Source of the DNA: Ylistrum balloti
Lineage: Eukaryota
Direction: 5' to 3'
Assembly: GCF_031769215.1 (NCBI RefSeq)
Contig: NW_026782091.1
Location: 992,001 to 1,056,000, forward strand
DNA length: 64,000 bases
Positions 1 through 13,664 of the stretch are shown here, piece after piece. The position numbers and the translations under genes are program-made. Position 1 is the first letter of the stretch. Every line of letters begins with the position of its first letter. A model generated the notes under the pieces. It ran no database searches, was not told where the DNA came from, and worked only from the letters and a program-made list of their open reading frames with translations.

Positions 1-3000
1 ATGTTCCTAATAGGTTTAACAACAAAATAGAAACTCATCGTTCAAGTTCTTTCTTAAGATCATCAATTGAGGGCCTGTATTACAACCTGTCATTTCAAAG
101 TAGACCTTTCATTTTTCCATGGTTCAATTTATAAACACACAAACACTTGAATAAAGAATTTCGCTCTTTCTTGTGCGCAGATTTTTGATAAATAAACAGA
201 TGAGCCATCATTGGCTAACATGTGTCAGATATGACGGTCATTCCGTTCGTCTGGGATATGGTAAAGAGCATATAATGGTAATTCATTGAATTCACTCTAA
301 GGATTTCATCATTAAACTAATAACTCACGTGAACTTGTAATTGGTACATTAAACACAATCAGATTAACGTTATGGTGCGTAATACGTGTGCATATACTTA
401 CTCACACAGGAAGTTACAGAGTTCGGCAGTTCCTTAACATATAAACCAGATCCGACAGACGTAAACGTTAAACAGATACATTGGGCTTCAATGTTCAAAA
501 CACACGATTCTCTGGAAAATTTCACTGCGTTGATTGTTTTGCTTCCCAAAATTAATTTTTTTTCTGATGTTGTTTGGAGCATTTACCACGAAATTACTTT
601 CCTTATACGATTACAGTTATTGCCTCCATTCCTAAAACAAATATTCTACCATGGCGGCAAAATGTAAGCACTCTTGATATTTAATTCACCATAACACTTC
701 AACTGAAACGCTACACTTGAAAATGTCATCGCTTGATAATAATTCGGCGACACAGAGCTGTAGACGGTATTGATAAGAACACACAAGGAGACAGAAAATT
801 AACTGTGAATTTTCTATGCTAGTTTAATCCTTTATGTGACTTACTCAGAAATCAATACAACCATAGGAATATGTTTCTCGACCATATTTTCCCCTAGTCT
901 TGTCTCTGATTTAAGTCAACGACAGCTTTTCTGCGGAGCTGTCATCCCCATGTGTACCATTAACTTCCCCAGTATTAAACATTTCGATTTTTCAGACTGT
1001 GTAATCACCGAGAACAACTCATATGATTATTGTTTCTGTTACAATTCATCTGACATTGTTTTCACTGTGAATGCTAGTAAACGAGAAATCAATCCTTTTA
1101 CATGTAATTGGCGTAATCTGTATTAAAAACCCTAAATACAAACCAAATGGTACATTTTATTTCTGTAAAAATGTAATGTTATATTTGCCAATACACAACA
1201 TATGTGGGTGTGATATGATGGGCGAAATAAAGAACAAAACCAATAAAAATTAATAAATCATGAAAGCCATTACAGCCTGGGAAACTGATGTGAAACGATG
1301 TCGATTAAGTTAATACATACATTGTATATTAGGATAATAGGCATCTAGATTCTTTAACATTATCGTATTGTGAAATATTGTATTGCTTGAAATGTGATTA
1401 TTTCGATGTTCGTTAGTGAATCAGGACTCCTGTAACTAGGAGCTAGGAACTGGGAACCAACTGCAGGCTCAATACATTTTCATGAATATGCGTGTTAATC
1501 TTTTCATCTTTCATATTTTGCTTTCGTTTTATCGACTTTTAGTTTGAATAACGATTTTGTGAACATGTCAGTCGGTATCCCTTGATTATTTTTCTTTGGA
1601 GCCTGTGGGATATATAATGACAAATTTATATAATGAAATTTGCATGGAATTTATATCACTGACCAATGTTACCACAAACATGTAACAGAAATACTAGCGG
1701 CAGTTTGGAGAATATGTAAGTTTGTTCCGGTTTGGTTTCCGGTCGTCGTCTAAGATTTCCTATTTAAATGTTAATTCTTGTCCTCTTGGTGATCCCTGAT
1801 ACATGTAAATACAACATCGCATCGTTAGGTTGCTTTTCGGATCCAACATTGCTCGCGTATTCCTTACTAAATCATCAACAATAACACAACTCTAATACAT
1901 AACGTTAGGTTTCATCAACGAGTTAGTCCATAGTCTTTTAGCAAATTTTCGAAAGGGTGACGTTGATCCTTAAAAAAAACTCACATCAAGCTGTTTATCA
2001 CATTTTGCGATTTATCACTTTGGTTTATTTTCCCCCGTAAGCCGATTTAATCATATTTTCTAACACAATTATCCGACAGGGTGAAGTTTGACCGAAAGGA
2101 CGCTTCCCATGCTCAAGGAAATTATTACTAATAATAAATGGTTTACTCATGTTTTTACAATATTTTGATTTTTACATGGATTTCTTTCCGTCTCCATGGT
2201 TTTGCTTTGAAGTAAACAAATTCTGTTATGTTCCAGTTATATATGTATTGAATCTTAATGTCACCATGTAGTTTTGAAATTTTCAGTTTTGCATATTATT
2301 AAGAGGCAATTCAAAACTTGGATAAGAAACAGGACATACAAACTGGTGATTGTTATATATTGTATATCGCTAAAGCTCATGTATTTGTCATTGAAGTTAA
2401 TGTTTTTTATGTAACGTTTGCATACACATACCATACACAGCAAGCACTCCTAGTGTAAAGTCTATATATTACATGATGTACATGGAAATATATTATAGTA
2501 TATGACCAAATACATGATGGAAACTGCGCCGCAAATTAATCAGGAGATGATTTGTTGTATTTGTCAGCTTAACATGTGTGAATCCAATGATGTATGATTG
2601 AAGAATTATATAGATAAGAAATACAAGTAAACAGCGGCAGCAACATTCAACACAATTTTAGAATTAGACACAATATATCACCAAATACATATGTTTCGTT
2701 CATTTACGACTCATCAGTGATGTTAGAGAACCAATCTAAGGACATCTAGATGTCGGGGACTACTAAAGAAAATCGTATTTGGCGAAAATAATGGCTTCGA
2801 CATCACTGAGAATATACCCAGAAAGTGAATTAACATTCGTTCTTTTACTTCCTGTATCAAGCGTTGATGTGTCCTGATGATAAAAACACTAGCTAAATAT
2901 TTATATCGTTCAGGCTTCTTATCGTTGTTACGGCCAATTTATTTATAGATATTGACGTTACGTATACTTATCAGACACAAGTCAGCATTGGTATAAGATT

Positions 3001-5069
3001 AACAGTTTAGAGAAAATAATAATTTATCCCAGCTTAGTTTCCTGTCTACGACCATGATTTTCTATTTAAATGTAAATCCCTTTCCTATTGCCTATACCGG
3101 ATGCATGTACAAACAATATCGTATCGTGAGGTGGAAGTTCGGATACAAGATTGCATGTGTATTCCCTATCTCATGGAAATAATGCTACATTGAAACAATT
3201 TCGTCAATAGGCAGATATGTCAGTCAAATTAGACTAATCTTTAAAGCGTTCAGGTTCTTCAGTTACTCGGAAGAATAATTGAAAGCGAGTAGGTGTATGT
3301 TCATTTGCAGTGCAAGTAAGTTTTTTTAACTTACATTGTCAACTATATGGACAAACGGGCTGAAGTTAGCGAGGAATTATTCTGCTTTATCCTTTAAGTG
3401 TTATATTTGGGACATATTTAAAGAACTGGAGCGCTTGAATATCTTTAAACAAATGACTAGATGTTTGTAGAGAACACAGCAGCATATACCTATTAAACAA
3501 ACTTGTGAATCGAAAAATTGGCAACGAAATCGTAACAAACTATTCACCAAACGATTGACACAAAAATGCTGAAGAAAAATTAGCCTGGAGTTCCTGAATA
3601 GAAAGCGGGCTCTGCTTCTTCGCAGATAAATGCGTTAGATCACCGTGAAATTAAGTCGAAAATGACACGTTCTGAAAATGCATATTGAGACATCAGTTCA
3701 ATGGGTGAATGAGTGCAAAGCAAAGTACGATGCAATAGGTATGGGCAAGGTTTAAAATAAATATAGAAAATACCAACATGTCAACATAATCATAATCCAA
3801 ACTCAAATTCCAGAAAACTACGACAAAATGTGAACAAAAGAGAAAATTACATGACGACTCCGATAATAAAACCAGGTATTCTGGAAGAGTAATCGTGTTC
3901 TGCTTCACCGACGACACCCGCGTCTGCATCTTTTGAAATCCTATGCTACAAGTTTGTCCGTCTGTTTACGACCACGTGATTCATTTATATTTTTGAGAAA
4001 TAAATTCGTGATGTAATTTAGCGTCTCATTTATAAGTACCGTAAATAAAACTCGCGGAAACAAGGAAAACACAACGATGTTAATTTGTCGTTATATAGAA
4101 CATTACATCTTATCATTAATAAAAAAAAAAAGCAGACACCGATGTTGAAGTTATTTTGAAAATACTGAACATTTCAGCATTTTTGGACCGAAGTGGTACT
4201 ACGATACAGAGCAAATTTCTCATCAGTCTCTCATTACTTTTTTATAATCATCTAATACCAAGGAATGTTTCGATCTAAACTTTCACTACTTTAAATGTTG
4301 CGTCCAGATTGGATACAATTTTGTTCGGAAATCCTCATCTTAATGTAGACCTAGTCTAGTTACATATTTTATTTCAATAGTAATAATCATTGCAGATATA
4401 CAATATATGAACATTTAAACAACATTAATTGTTTCCATATATAAATGTATATAACTTGTCTCTTGTTCTGATAATGACAATAAATATGTTTTAAACGCTA
4501 ACTTCTGGAACATTTCATGTGTTTGTAATTGTCCTTATAAAGTTACCGTCCGAATTATCAAATTCCTCAAAACTACAAATATTCACTTGAAATCTGATAT
4601 TGCATAACGTAGCTATACTCGATCTCGACTATTCTCTCCATGGCAGCTGTTACCAGTCGTTAAACTTGTGACGTCATAGCCCTATAGCGTCCAATTTAGC
4701 GCAATTCACCCTTTTGATGATTAGTAGTAGGACAGGTGAAAATCGTACACTTTACACGTCAGTATCTCAATCATTCTCAAGTATTCTCAATCAGTATCTG
4801 AATCATAAAGAATGAGACTATGTTAATTTCTATTTTCACTCAACGTACAATTCAATGTAGAGGTACATGCAATTGGAACGGTTTGCTAAATACTATATAT
4901 CAAATATGCTGTTCCGAAGATCAATGTATCATATACAGTTACTATCTCTAGTATGTTTGTTGTTGTTAATCCGGTTTTCGTTTGAGGACAAAATCAATTA
5001 AAACTGCTCGAAATGATATTAGTAAATCGTTGGCAAATTTCTGCTGAGCCATTTCGAGAATGGCAGTCA

Positions 5070-5424
5070 CTATTTCCCCAAAATATTAAGTTTCATTTGT
5101 TCCAAGAGTCCGAGTGACGCCGTGCTGTTGTCACTGTGATAGTCCATTGCATGCTTTTTAGATATAGGTTTCCAGTATGGTGAGGGTTTGAAAGACGCTT
5201 TAAATTTCTGAAATGAAGAACAGATTTGTACATTAATTACGAGAATAATTGTATACATTCAACAAAGGAACACGTATTTTTATGATACTTTTACGTCTCT
5301 GGTCTCTTCGTTAAAGTAGAATATTTACGGCAATACGATACAAAGGTATCTATGCATGTTAACAACACAGATTCAATACATCTCGAAAATAGGACTGTAC
5401 CAAATGGATGATGATGATGATGAT

Positions 5425-5476
<52 letters not shown>

Positions 5477-8400
5477 TACGATCGCTGAATGGACATTATG
5501 TGATATCATTTATAAATGAAAATCGAAAATCGAACAAAATAAAGGTATATAAAGATGTTAAGATATAAATACAAATAAAAAGCTGGGAACCAACTTCAGG
5601 CTCCCATTTATAATCTTTAAGATATGGAATTTGAATTCTGAGAGGAAACAGAGCTGACCTTCATACCTAAATAGCGATTAGATATTTGTTTTATTGTATA
5701 AGAAGATTTAAAAGAAATTGAAATATGTTTAAAGGCCGTCAGATCTCCGGAGGAAAATGATATATGAATGTCAAGGCCCAAATGAAATGAAAAGCTGTGT
5801 CACATNNNNNNNNNNNNNNNNNNNNNNNNNNNNNNNNNNNNNNNNNNNNNNNNNNNNNNNNNNNNNNNNNNNNNNNNNNNNNNNNNNNNNNNNNNNNNNN
5901 NNNNNNNNNNNNNNNNNNNNNNNNNNNNNNNNNNNNNNNNNNNNNNNNNNNNNNNNNNNNNNNNNNNNNNNNNNNNNNNNNNNNNNNNNNNNNNNNNCAG
6001 AACTCGCTCTTGCCCCACAATAGACACATGTGGATCCAAATTTCAGACATCTTGTGTTGGAGCCAAGTGAAACTTTCAAAACAAATGTCTGACCAGGACG
6101 ATTCTATTAAAGTAGGTATGTCGATAAAGACTTTTTTTGCCTGTTGACAGTATACATAGAAACCGTACCTCGAACATTGACTGTCCAGGGGTTTTCAAGA
6201 CGGTCATGATTCCAACCAAAACCACGGGTACTATGGGAAGCATTCCTATCAACCATCCAATGATATTAGCGTAAGATGGGTACACATAGTCTCCGTATGT
6301 TGGGGGCTCGTATGATACAAATGTGAACACAAAGAGTACCTGAAAATATATGTAAGAACACAAAATGCAATCATTCTTTCAGTCTAAATGAGTGAGAATT
6401 GATGAAAATTGATTGATAGTCATTAACATTTTTTTTTCAAATTAGGTAACATCAGTTAAGTGCTATTATTTCTATACATTGTCTTAACATTTCTTTCTAC
6501 AGCTTAGTCAAGTAATTACGTCCCTATGCGGAAAAAGTAAATGGAATGATTCCTTGAAGTCTTCTGGCACAGATGTGTTACCTTACTATCGTAGCTTCAT
6601 ATGATGTCAGTGTTGTTTCCATAAATGTTGGAAAGTAATTTTTTATAAATTCAAATTATGTAACATTCAATGTTTTCACGTGAAATAGCTAAATACTTTA
6701 AAATTATCCACGTAATTTCGTTGTAAAAATTAGAAGTCAGGTTTGTTGGAGTTATATCCCTTCGTTCCGGTTTAGGCCGGGTCAATACCTTAACTTAAAT
6801 TTACCTATATTTTTTTCTAGAGTTCACCGTTGCCGAAAGTTGTCAGGAATTTACAAAAAAAAAAAAAAAAAAATCTGCCTCTGTTTGTACTCCTACTTCT
6901 TAATTTTTCTTAATGACGGAATATTTTGTCGGTTTGATTACACTTTAAATTCTTTTTTTTATTTCTAACATTATTGTTGTATAGTAAAGAACGGAAAAGC
7001 TAAAAAAAAGAATAAATAAATAAATAAACAAAAAAGGACAACCTGTCATCAAAAAAAAAAAAAAAAAAAAAAGAAAAGAAAAAATGAAAAAATAATAAAC
7101 TAAACAAAAAGGAAAAGTTGACATCCAATTCATGCTTTATCTCTATGGCCTAATGCCCACATTATTATTTGATCCTTATATAAAAGTTGCGAGAAATCAT
7201 GCCGTTATTGTGAAAATCCCGAGAGTCCATAATGATGATTAATGGATACTTATGATCATCCATTCCTATCCTGTTGTTAGTTCATTGTAAAATGTAGGAC
7301 GTGAATTTACTAAATACTGAAATGTATTCTTGTGTATCTTATTTTTATTACTGACTAATTGATACATCACAAAATTCTGTAAACATAGTTCATACGTTGT
7401 TACTTGAAGTAGTCATTGAAGCTCTGAAAAGAATATTATGTACAATGATAACGAGAAGAGATGTTTACGGCTGGGTAACCATATTTGGTATGATTCTCAC
7501 TTCTTTTCCGTGATTAAAAAAACCTGGTTGGAATGTTTTTAAATGTCATATAAAATTTACGCATACCAGAAGTACGATAGGGTTTATAAAACACCAGCAT
7601 ATCCGAACAAACACAGGAATTTGACGACCAAGCATCATGTTCACATCTTTTGAAAACCGTTCTGCCCCTGAAAAGATAAACTCATTTTAGATTTAGTTTG
7701 GAAGTCTATGCATGTGATATGTGATTACCAGTAAACGAGGAATAAACGAGAAAAAAAAACCAAATAAACAAACAAAAGCATAACAAGAAAATACATAAAA
7801 TAAAGAAAGTGTATTTACCGTATATCCATCCAAATATGATACACTCGATAAAACCAAGGATGGGTAAGGACACAGCAACATACCAGTCTAATATTTGGTA
7901 GACGTATATCCCGGCCTGTAGCATAAAGTAAAAGTATGTGACTGTGAAATGTATGGAATTGTTCCCAGACAAATATTCAAAGATGACGCTTTTGATGCGT
8001 GATATATATGCTTTATACAATCTGGTGGATATAATTATATTGTGTTTCCATTGTATTTCAGTTTCAAAAAGTATATCCCTACACAGACCACGACTGTGAT
8101 ATTTTCTTTCAAACAGCGTTAAGAAAAATAAGAGATGTCGAACCTGTGTACAGAAGAATAGTCCAAGTAAGAACAAGGCCATGGATACACAAATGGTCAT
8201 TACAAGTTGCTTCTTCCGCAGTGATTGAAAATGATTCATGGCTGCCGCTATCACCATTTCCACGCAAGCAAACTACAACAATAAAGGTCATACGTCCGAA
8301 ATAGGACAATTGACGAATACATCATCAAAAGCTGTCTTACGAAAATATTTTTGTTCAGAAATTATATTTGTTGCATGAAATCTTTCTTTCGAGACCAGAA

Positions 8401-11400
8401 AAAATATAATTATTATCGTCTCTGTACGTTTTTGTTCTTTCTTAGCTGGAAAGAATGCTAGTAATAGGTTAACTTAACTATTATACTAACCCGAACTTGG
8501 AAAACCAACAATTCGCAAAACAACTGAGGAAAAACCTATAAAATTAATATCAATGTTGATAAATAGATATAGATAATAAAAAAACTGATATCTGACGTAC
8601 CTGACTATCCAAAGCCACACAAAGCAACATTAGGAAGAACAACACGGCCCATAGGTTTGGAAGAGGTAGTTTAGCTAGAGCCTCTGGATATACCGCAAAC
8701 CCTAAACCAGGACCTAAACAAAAAACATAATGACAACTGTGTGTTCGTTATATTTCAAATATTGTGAAGAGCCACCACTGAAAGAACAGCATCATGGTGG
8801 AGACTTAGCGCTGTCAGATAAATTCGGATACAATAAATATTGTCTTTATTGGTAGATGATAAAAATGACTCAGTAATATACAATAAACTTTCATGGGAAT
8901 TGTTTTCTTTGATTTCGTAGTAGCCAGTTAAAGTCAGATAAAATAACGTTTCTTTGTATATGTTAAAGCATATCGAAGTACTATAAATTCGGTAATTTTC
9001 AACTAATATTCTAAATCGACGAATTCTTAAAATAAGCATAAGAAGATCTATTGTGCTATATATTTACGCGAACTCAAGTGTCCCTGAAATATAATTTAAA
9101 AAAAAACCCACGAAAACTGAGTCTCTGAAAAATAAATTATATTGTAGCAGCTGTTGAAGATATACACGAAGAAATATAGATAATTCCATTCAAGAATGAT
9201 TAAGCATTAACTGGGCTGGATTTTGAGTTGTTCACAACATCATCTAAAACCGAACACTGTTACTAACAATTTGACGTACTTAACGAAATTCTACGCACAA
9301 AAGAGAAGAAAATATTTCACGATGAATATAATGTTCCCTACCTGATTTCACTACAGTAGCTATAGGTAAATTGGCGTCGTGGGCCATGTATCCAATCACA
9401 GCAAACACCACAAACCCGCCGTATATACTGGTACCTTCCCCAAGGATGGTAAGTATAATGGAGTCCCTTAAAAAGTCGCAAACGTTTCGGATGTCACTAC
9501 CAATTTTCTTAAGCTAATTAATAATTTTACCTCAAATCAGTTGAGCAAGTGAAAAACAAAAGATGAAATGACAGTTTGAGTAAACTGTAATATATCTCCT
9601 GAGATAGTCTTATCGCAAAATTTTAAGTGTGATACATTATATACCTGTAACAATTGTTATGGAACGTGTTGTAACTAGCCATTGTCATCAGTTGTCCCCA
9701 GGCCGGACAAAGGGAGTAAAACACTTGTAAAGCAGCTTCTACCCAAACCTAAAAAAGGATGTTAACATTGTTCATTGTACTTTTTATTCATTCCTCCTAT
9801 TTAAATGCACATGAAAGTTGAAATAAAACAAACACACATAACCCTGTGCAGCTGTGATTAGCGCTATTCTTTGTCCGTCAGCATGTGACATCATACATAT
9901 ACAGGTAGAGAATCTTACATGATTTATTTTCATAGAGACTGAATATTTTCCTTTTCACCTGAGCCTCTATCGAGAAAATGGAATCGACTTTCTGTCTGTT
10001 ACTTAACTTAGATGCTAAAATTTTCGACATTCTCACTGTACATGTGTTGCTTTTGTGACGTTAGCGAACATAAGACGCCATGACGTTATGACGTCGCAAT
10101 GGGAACGATAGTCAATCAAAAGTCACCTATGTCATATTACACATATATAATAACAAAAAAATATGTACTTTGTGTGATTGTACTTATGACAGGGTAGTAA
10201 CGCAGTCAATGTATATTTTTAACACTCTTTCGCCTTTAGTTTTATTACGTAGTGTTAATCAAATATACATAACTAAAAACTACCTGAGGTTGTCCTAATT
10301 TCTCAAAATCGGGACTTAAAAGGAATAACATCCCATCTGTAGCTCCAGGAAGAAAACTGGCTCGTATCAGGATAACCGTCAATAGTACATATGGCAACGT
10401 TGCAGTCAGATATACTACCTGTAAATAATGAGTAAGTCAGACTGTAAATTATATCATTATTCATTGTTCTATTATCAATACCTATCTCTGTATAGCTAAT
10501 TGATTTACTTTAATAGTTCTTTTCGAATAATAATATTATTACGTATAATTTATAACAGGAATTATAATGTCATCATAGCTTATCTAGGTCAATTGAATTG
10601 TACTAAGTATACACAACAAAATAAGAATCACACAAAGTCCTCACCCCTGTCGTACACCTTAGCTGTAAGGAAATAATGGAAAATATGTGAAGACTATTTA
10701 TCACGTGATTGATTACTTTACTCTCTGTAGTGACCTTTTGAGTTCATTCACAGAGCTAAGAAATTCGTCAATTTTACATTTTTATGATCATAATTCCTTT
10801 TAATCTTAATCTAAATATATTTTTGTGGCGCATGACATTCACGATATTACTACTGGTGATTCGCTTAATGTACGCGTTTGCTATAATGCCAGTTAAGGAA
10901 TTGAATGTGAAGGTTTGTGCCACTGGATACATATTTGTTTGTCTGTAATATTGAGGTGTATGTAAGATACTTACCATAACAAACGAAAGTGAGGGTAAAA
11001 TGATAGAAAATGAAATATCATTATTATGTGGTTAACTTTGACGCTTTTGATTTTTTTAATAACTGAAATAAAAAGGAATTGTTAAATCAAATACTCCACA
11101 ATTTCATACCAAACTAATGCACCATTCATAACACATAGGATCATCTGTAACATGCCAAATGGACCTTGATTTACCTTTCCCATGGATTTCACTCCCTTTA
11201 TCAGACACAGAGTCACCAACGTCCACGCGGCGAGGAAACAGACAGCTAAGTGCCATGGTATGTGACCAAGGACGTCTATCCCCTTAGATATCTCGAGGGT
11301 TCTATACCTGTAACCAAACACAAACAAATAAACAGTTTTATGCACAATGTTATAGTTTGATTGATTACGTTTCTATATTATTATTATTATTACAAGCTCA

Positions 11401-13664
11401 CCGGCAAAAAATAGTTATATATTTTAAATGACGACGTGTCCATCCTCGCATTTTTTTTTAAATATAAAGAACGGAAAACAGTTCACAATCATCATGATAT
11501 TTCATCTACAACGCTGATTCCATGACCCATGTGGATTGGTCTCAAAGACCGGAATCTTAATAAAGGGAGGTAACTCGAGACAGCTTTACTTGGAATTAAC
11601 GTATATTTCGGCAAGTAAACCTTGCACAACGTCCCTGAGAAGCCCGGTCTTCTAATTTACTCAGATCAGTTGTTGTATAGCCTCTCAAATTATTAACATA
11701 AAAATACATGTTATTATACAAACACATTCTCAATTAGTATTATTGATATGTAGAAAAATACAATGTAAAGATGTTTAAAAGCATAGCGTATCAGAATGAC
11801 CAACCAGAACGGTAATTGCAATATTTCCCCGATTTCAAATTTCTCCTGTTCGGTAATCGTACTTCATCGATTGTTCAGATTACGTTATTGATCTACAGTA
11901 CTCATCTTGAAATCTTGTCATTATCAATTTCTTTTCATCTTGATCTACCTTTAATATCAACCGAAAAATTCCTTAGTTAGCTGTTTTGGACACACTTTTG
12001 TATTACAAGAGCAAAACTGTTCAATTGTCACACTAACTTACTGCCAGAATTCCTCTTCAGCTGTAATATATTTATGTTTGATTTGCCCATCGGGGAATGT
12101 CACATTTGAATTTTGCAGGTAACTGATATTTGCTGTCGTCAATCTGGTTTCGTCATACAAATTGCCACGTGTGAAGTTGGTCGCAGATTCTGATGCGTTG
12201 AATGACCTAGAACTAACACAGAAATCTGTGTTCCAGTCATTGTCACAGCTTCTCCAAGGAAGAGGGGTAATGAAGGAGTTCCCGAGGTAAAACATGATCC
12301 ATGCTGTATTAGCGTTGTAGTAAAATGTCATCACAAAAGTGGCAATGACCATTCCGTGTCCAATACCTAACCAAAGAAAGGATAGCGTTTAAAGTGCCGG
12401 GTGTACTTTTCGATACTTTGACATAAATTGTATTTCGAGGAACCTTTAGCATGATTTTGGTTTTTTTACCTGAAGTTAGAACTCCTTAGCATTGTGCTCT
12501 ATAGAGGACGTAATGTTACTTATGTACATGTAATATACATGTCGGGTATTGCCGATGAAACAGAAGACGCGTTTCCCTCCTGAACCCATTATCAATGAAT
12601 TTTTCACGAATTTTAATGTTAACGTGTCATTGATATTTTGCTCACTTTTGTTGACATGACGGTATTTTCTCTATGATTTGGAGCAAATTGACTTTAAATG
12701 TATTAAGAGTTACCTCGAAAAATTGGGCAAACTTCCCAGGTGTGCAGTGCGTCTTTGCCTGTGAACTGAGCTAAACTCACTTCCAAGAAAAACAACGGGA
12801 AACCACAGAAAAGCAAGCACAGCAAGAATGGAATAAGGAACGCCCCTGTAAAGACAAGCATGACAAGAAACAAATATTTGAAAATATAAATCTTGTTTAA
12901 AATTAATGAACATTGGTGATGATGAACGGTATTAAAACAGAATGCGAGTATGAGGCAAAACTTTCAAATGTATTAACGAAACATCAACACGATTGGACAA
13001 TGGAAATACAGTTAAATATTCCGATGTGTTTAAACCGTTGAGACATTAAACATTTTCTGGCTACGTATCTTGGATATTTCTGAAAGTGACATTGCGCATC
13101 AACTCGCTTTATACATGATGTACAAATCAGAAATGCACTTTTGCCAGATCCATGACAATATGTTTCCTCCCAAAAAAAAAATAAACATGCGTTTCCTTCC
13201 AAAATTCTTTTAAAATATGATACTGTCAAGGATTTATTGAAAGCTTACAGTGTTGAAGATTGTCCTTTAATGTATGGTTGGCTGAGGCAAAATTATTTTG
13301 CTGTATGATGTCAACTAGCAAGGGGGAAACACGTGGATAAGTATAAATAAGAAAAGTCTTTCCCGATCCAATCGTCTCCTTTAAAACGGCTATACAACTT
13401 AGCATGATGTTTGATTTAAGCAGAAAGTATCTATCGATAATTTTATCTGATCGTTTGGACATGAAAAATCAAAGACTTACCACCTCCATTTCGCATACAT
13501 AGGTAAGGAAACCTCCACAGATTTCCGAGTCCCACACACAGTCCCAGAAAGGAAAGCATGCCTTCAATTTTTTTGGACCATACTGTTCTATCTCCATCTT
13601 CTTTGTTTGACTCTATAAATGCGGACAGCTGAGCACCTTCTTCTCCCCTCGTAATCATCGTCAT
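5070..13664 (-). CDS. SLC6 (NSS) Na+-dependent amino-acid transporter, GlyT/PROT/ATB0,+-like, copy A; 13 coding exons, 628 aa, intact
   Basis: Exons (- strand): 13664-13481, 12845-12714, 12366-12042, 11307-11175, 10418-10284, 9748-9645, 9466-9342, 8713-8601, 8272-8144, 7915-7819, 7667-7567, 6339-6169, 5207-5070. All introns are GT-AG, phases are compatible, total 1887 nt with no internal stop. Motifs: [13 protein letters not shown] (TM1), [23 protein letters not shown] (EL2 disulfide), [11 protein letters not shown] (TM6), [18 protein letters not shown] (TM8). Gly at the LeuT G24 position indicates an amino-acid rather than monoamine substrate. Confidence 0.93.
5407..5474. repeat. (GAT)n microsatellite in SLC6 copy A intron 12
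   Basis: About 22 GAT units with one interruption, seen directly. Confidence 0.97.
5806..5997. other. Assembly gap (192 N) in SLC6 copy A intron 12
   Basis: Run of n. The homologous place in copy B (about 49370-49440) is T-rich low-complexity sequence. Confidence 0.99.

Noticed and set aside
645-672. ccATGGCGGCAAAAT/GTAAGC as the first exon of a + strand gene
   Set aside because: No compatible downstream exon found: joining to the acceptor at 848 creates TAA. It may only be a YY1-like motif.
1449-1469. 21-bp motif ctgggaaccaact(g/t)caggctc shared with 5584-5604 and 49621-49641 (inverted)
   Set aside because: Too short to classify; most likely a fragment of a dispersed repeat.
3420-3900. 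Possible decayed coiled-coil/TRIM or Penelope coding remnant
   Set aside because: Stops in all frames and only vague similarity; cannot be supported without a search.
4669-4676. Perfect CRE (TGACGTCA) conserved in both arms (also 50235-50242)
   Set aside because: Conservation is expected from the duplication, and the motif lies 3' of the gene in sequence rich in TGACGT-like words; no functional support.
5291-5509. ORF with poly-Ile/poly-His tract
   Set aside because: It is the translation of the intronic (GAT)n microsatellite.
5739-6147. Several ORFs containing X runs
   Set aside because: Artefacts of the N gap.
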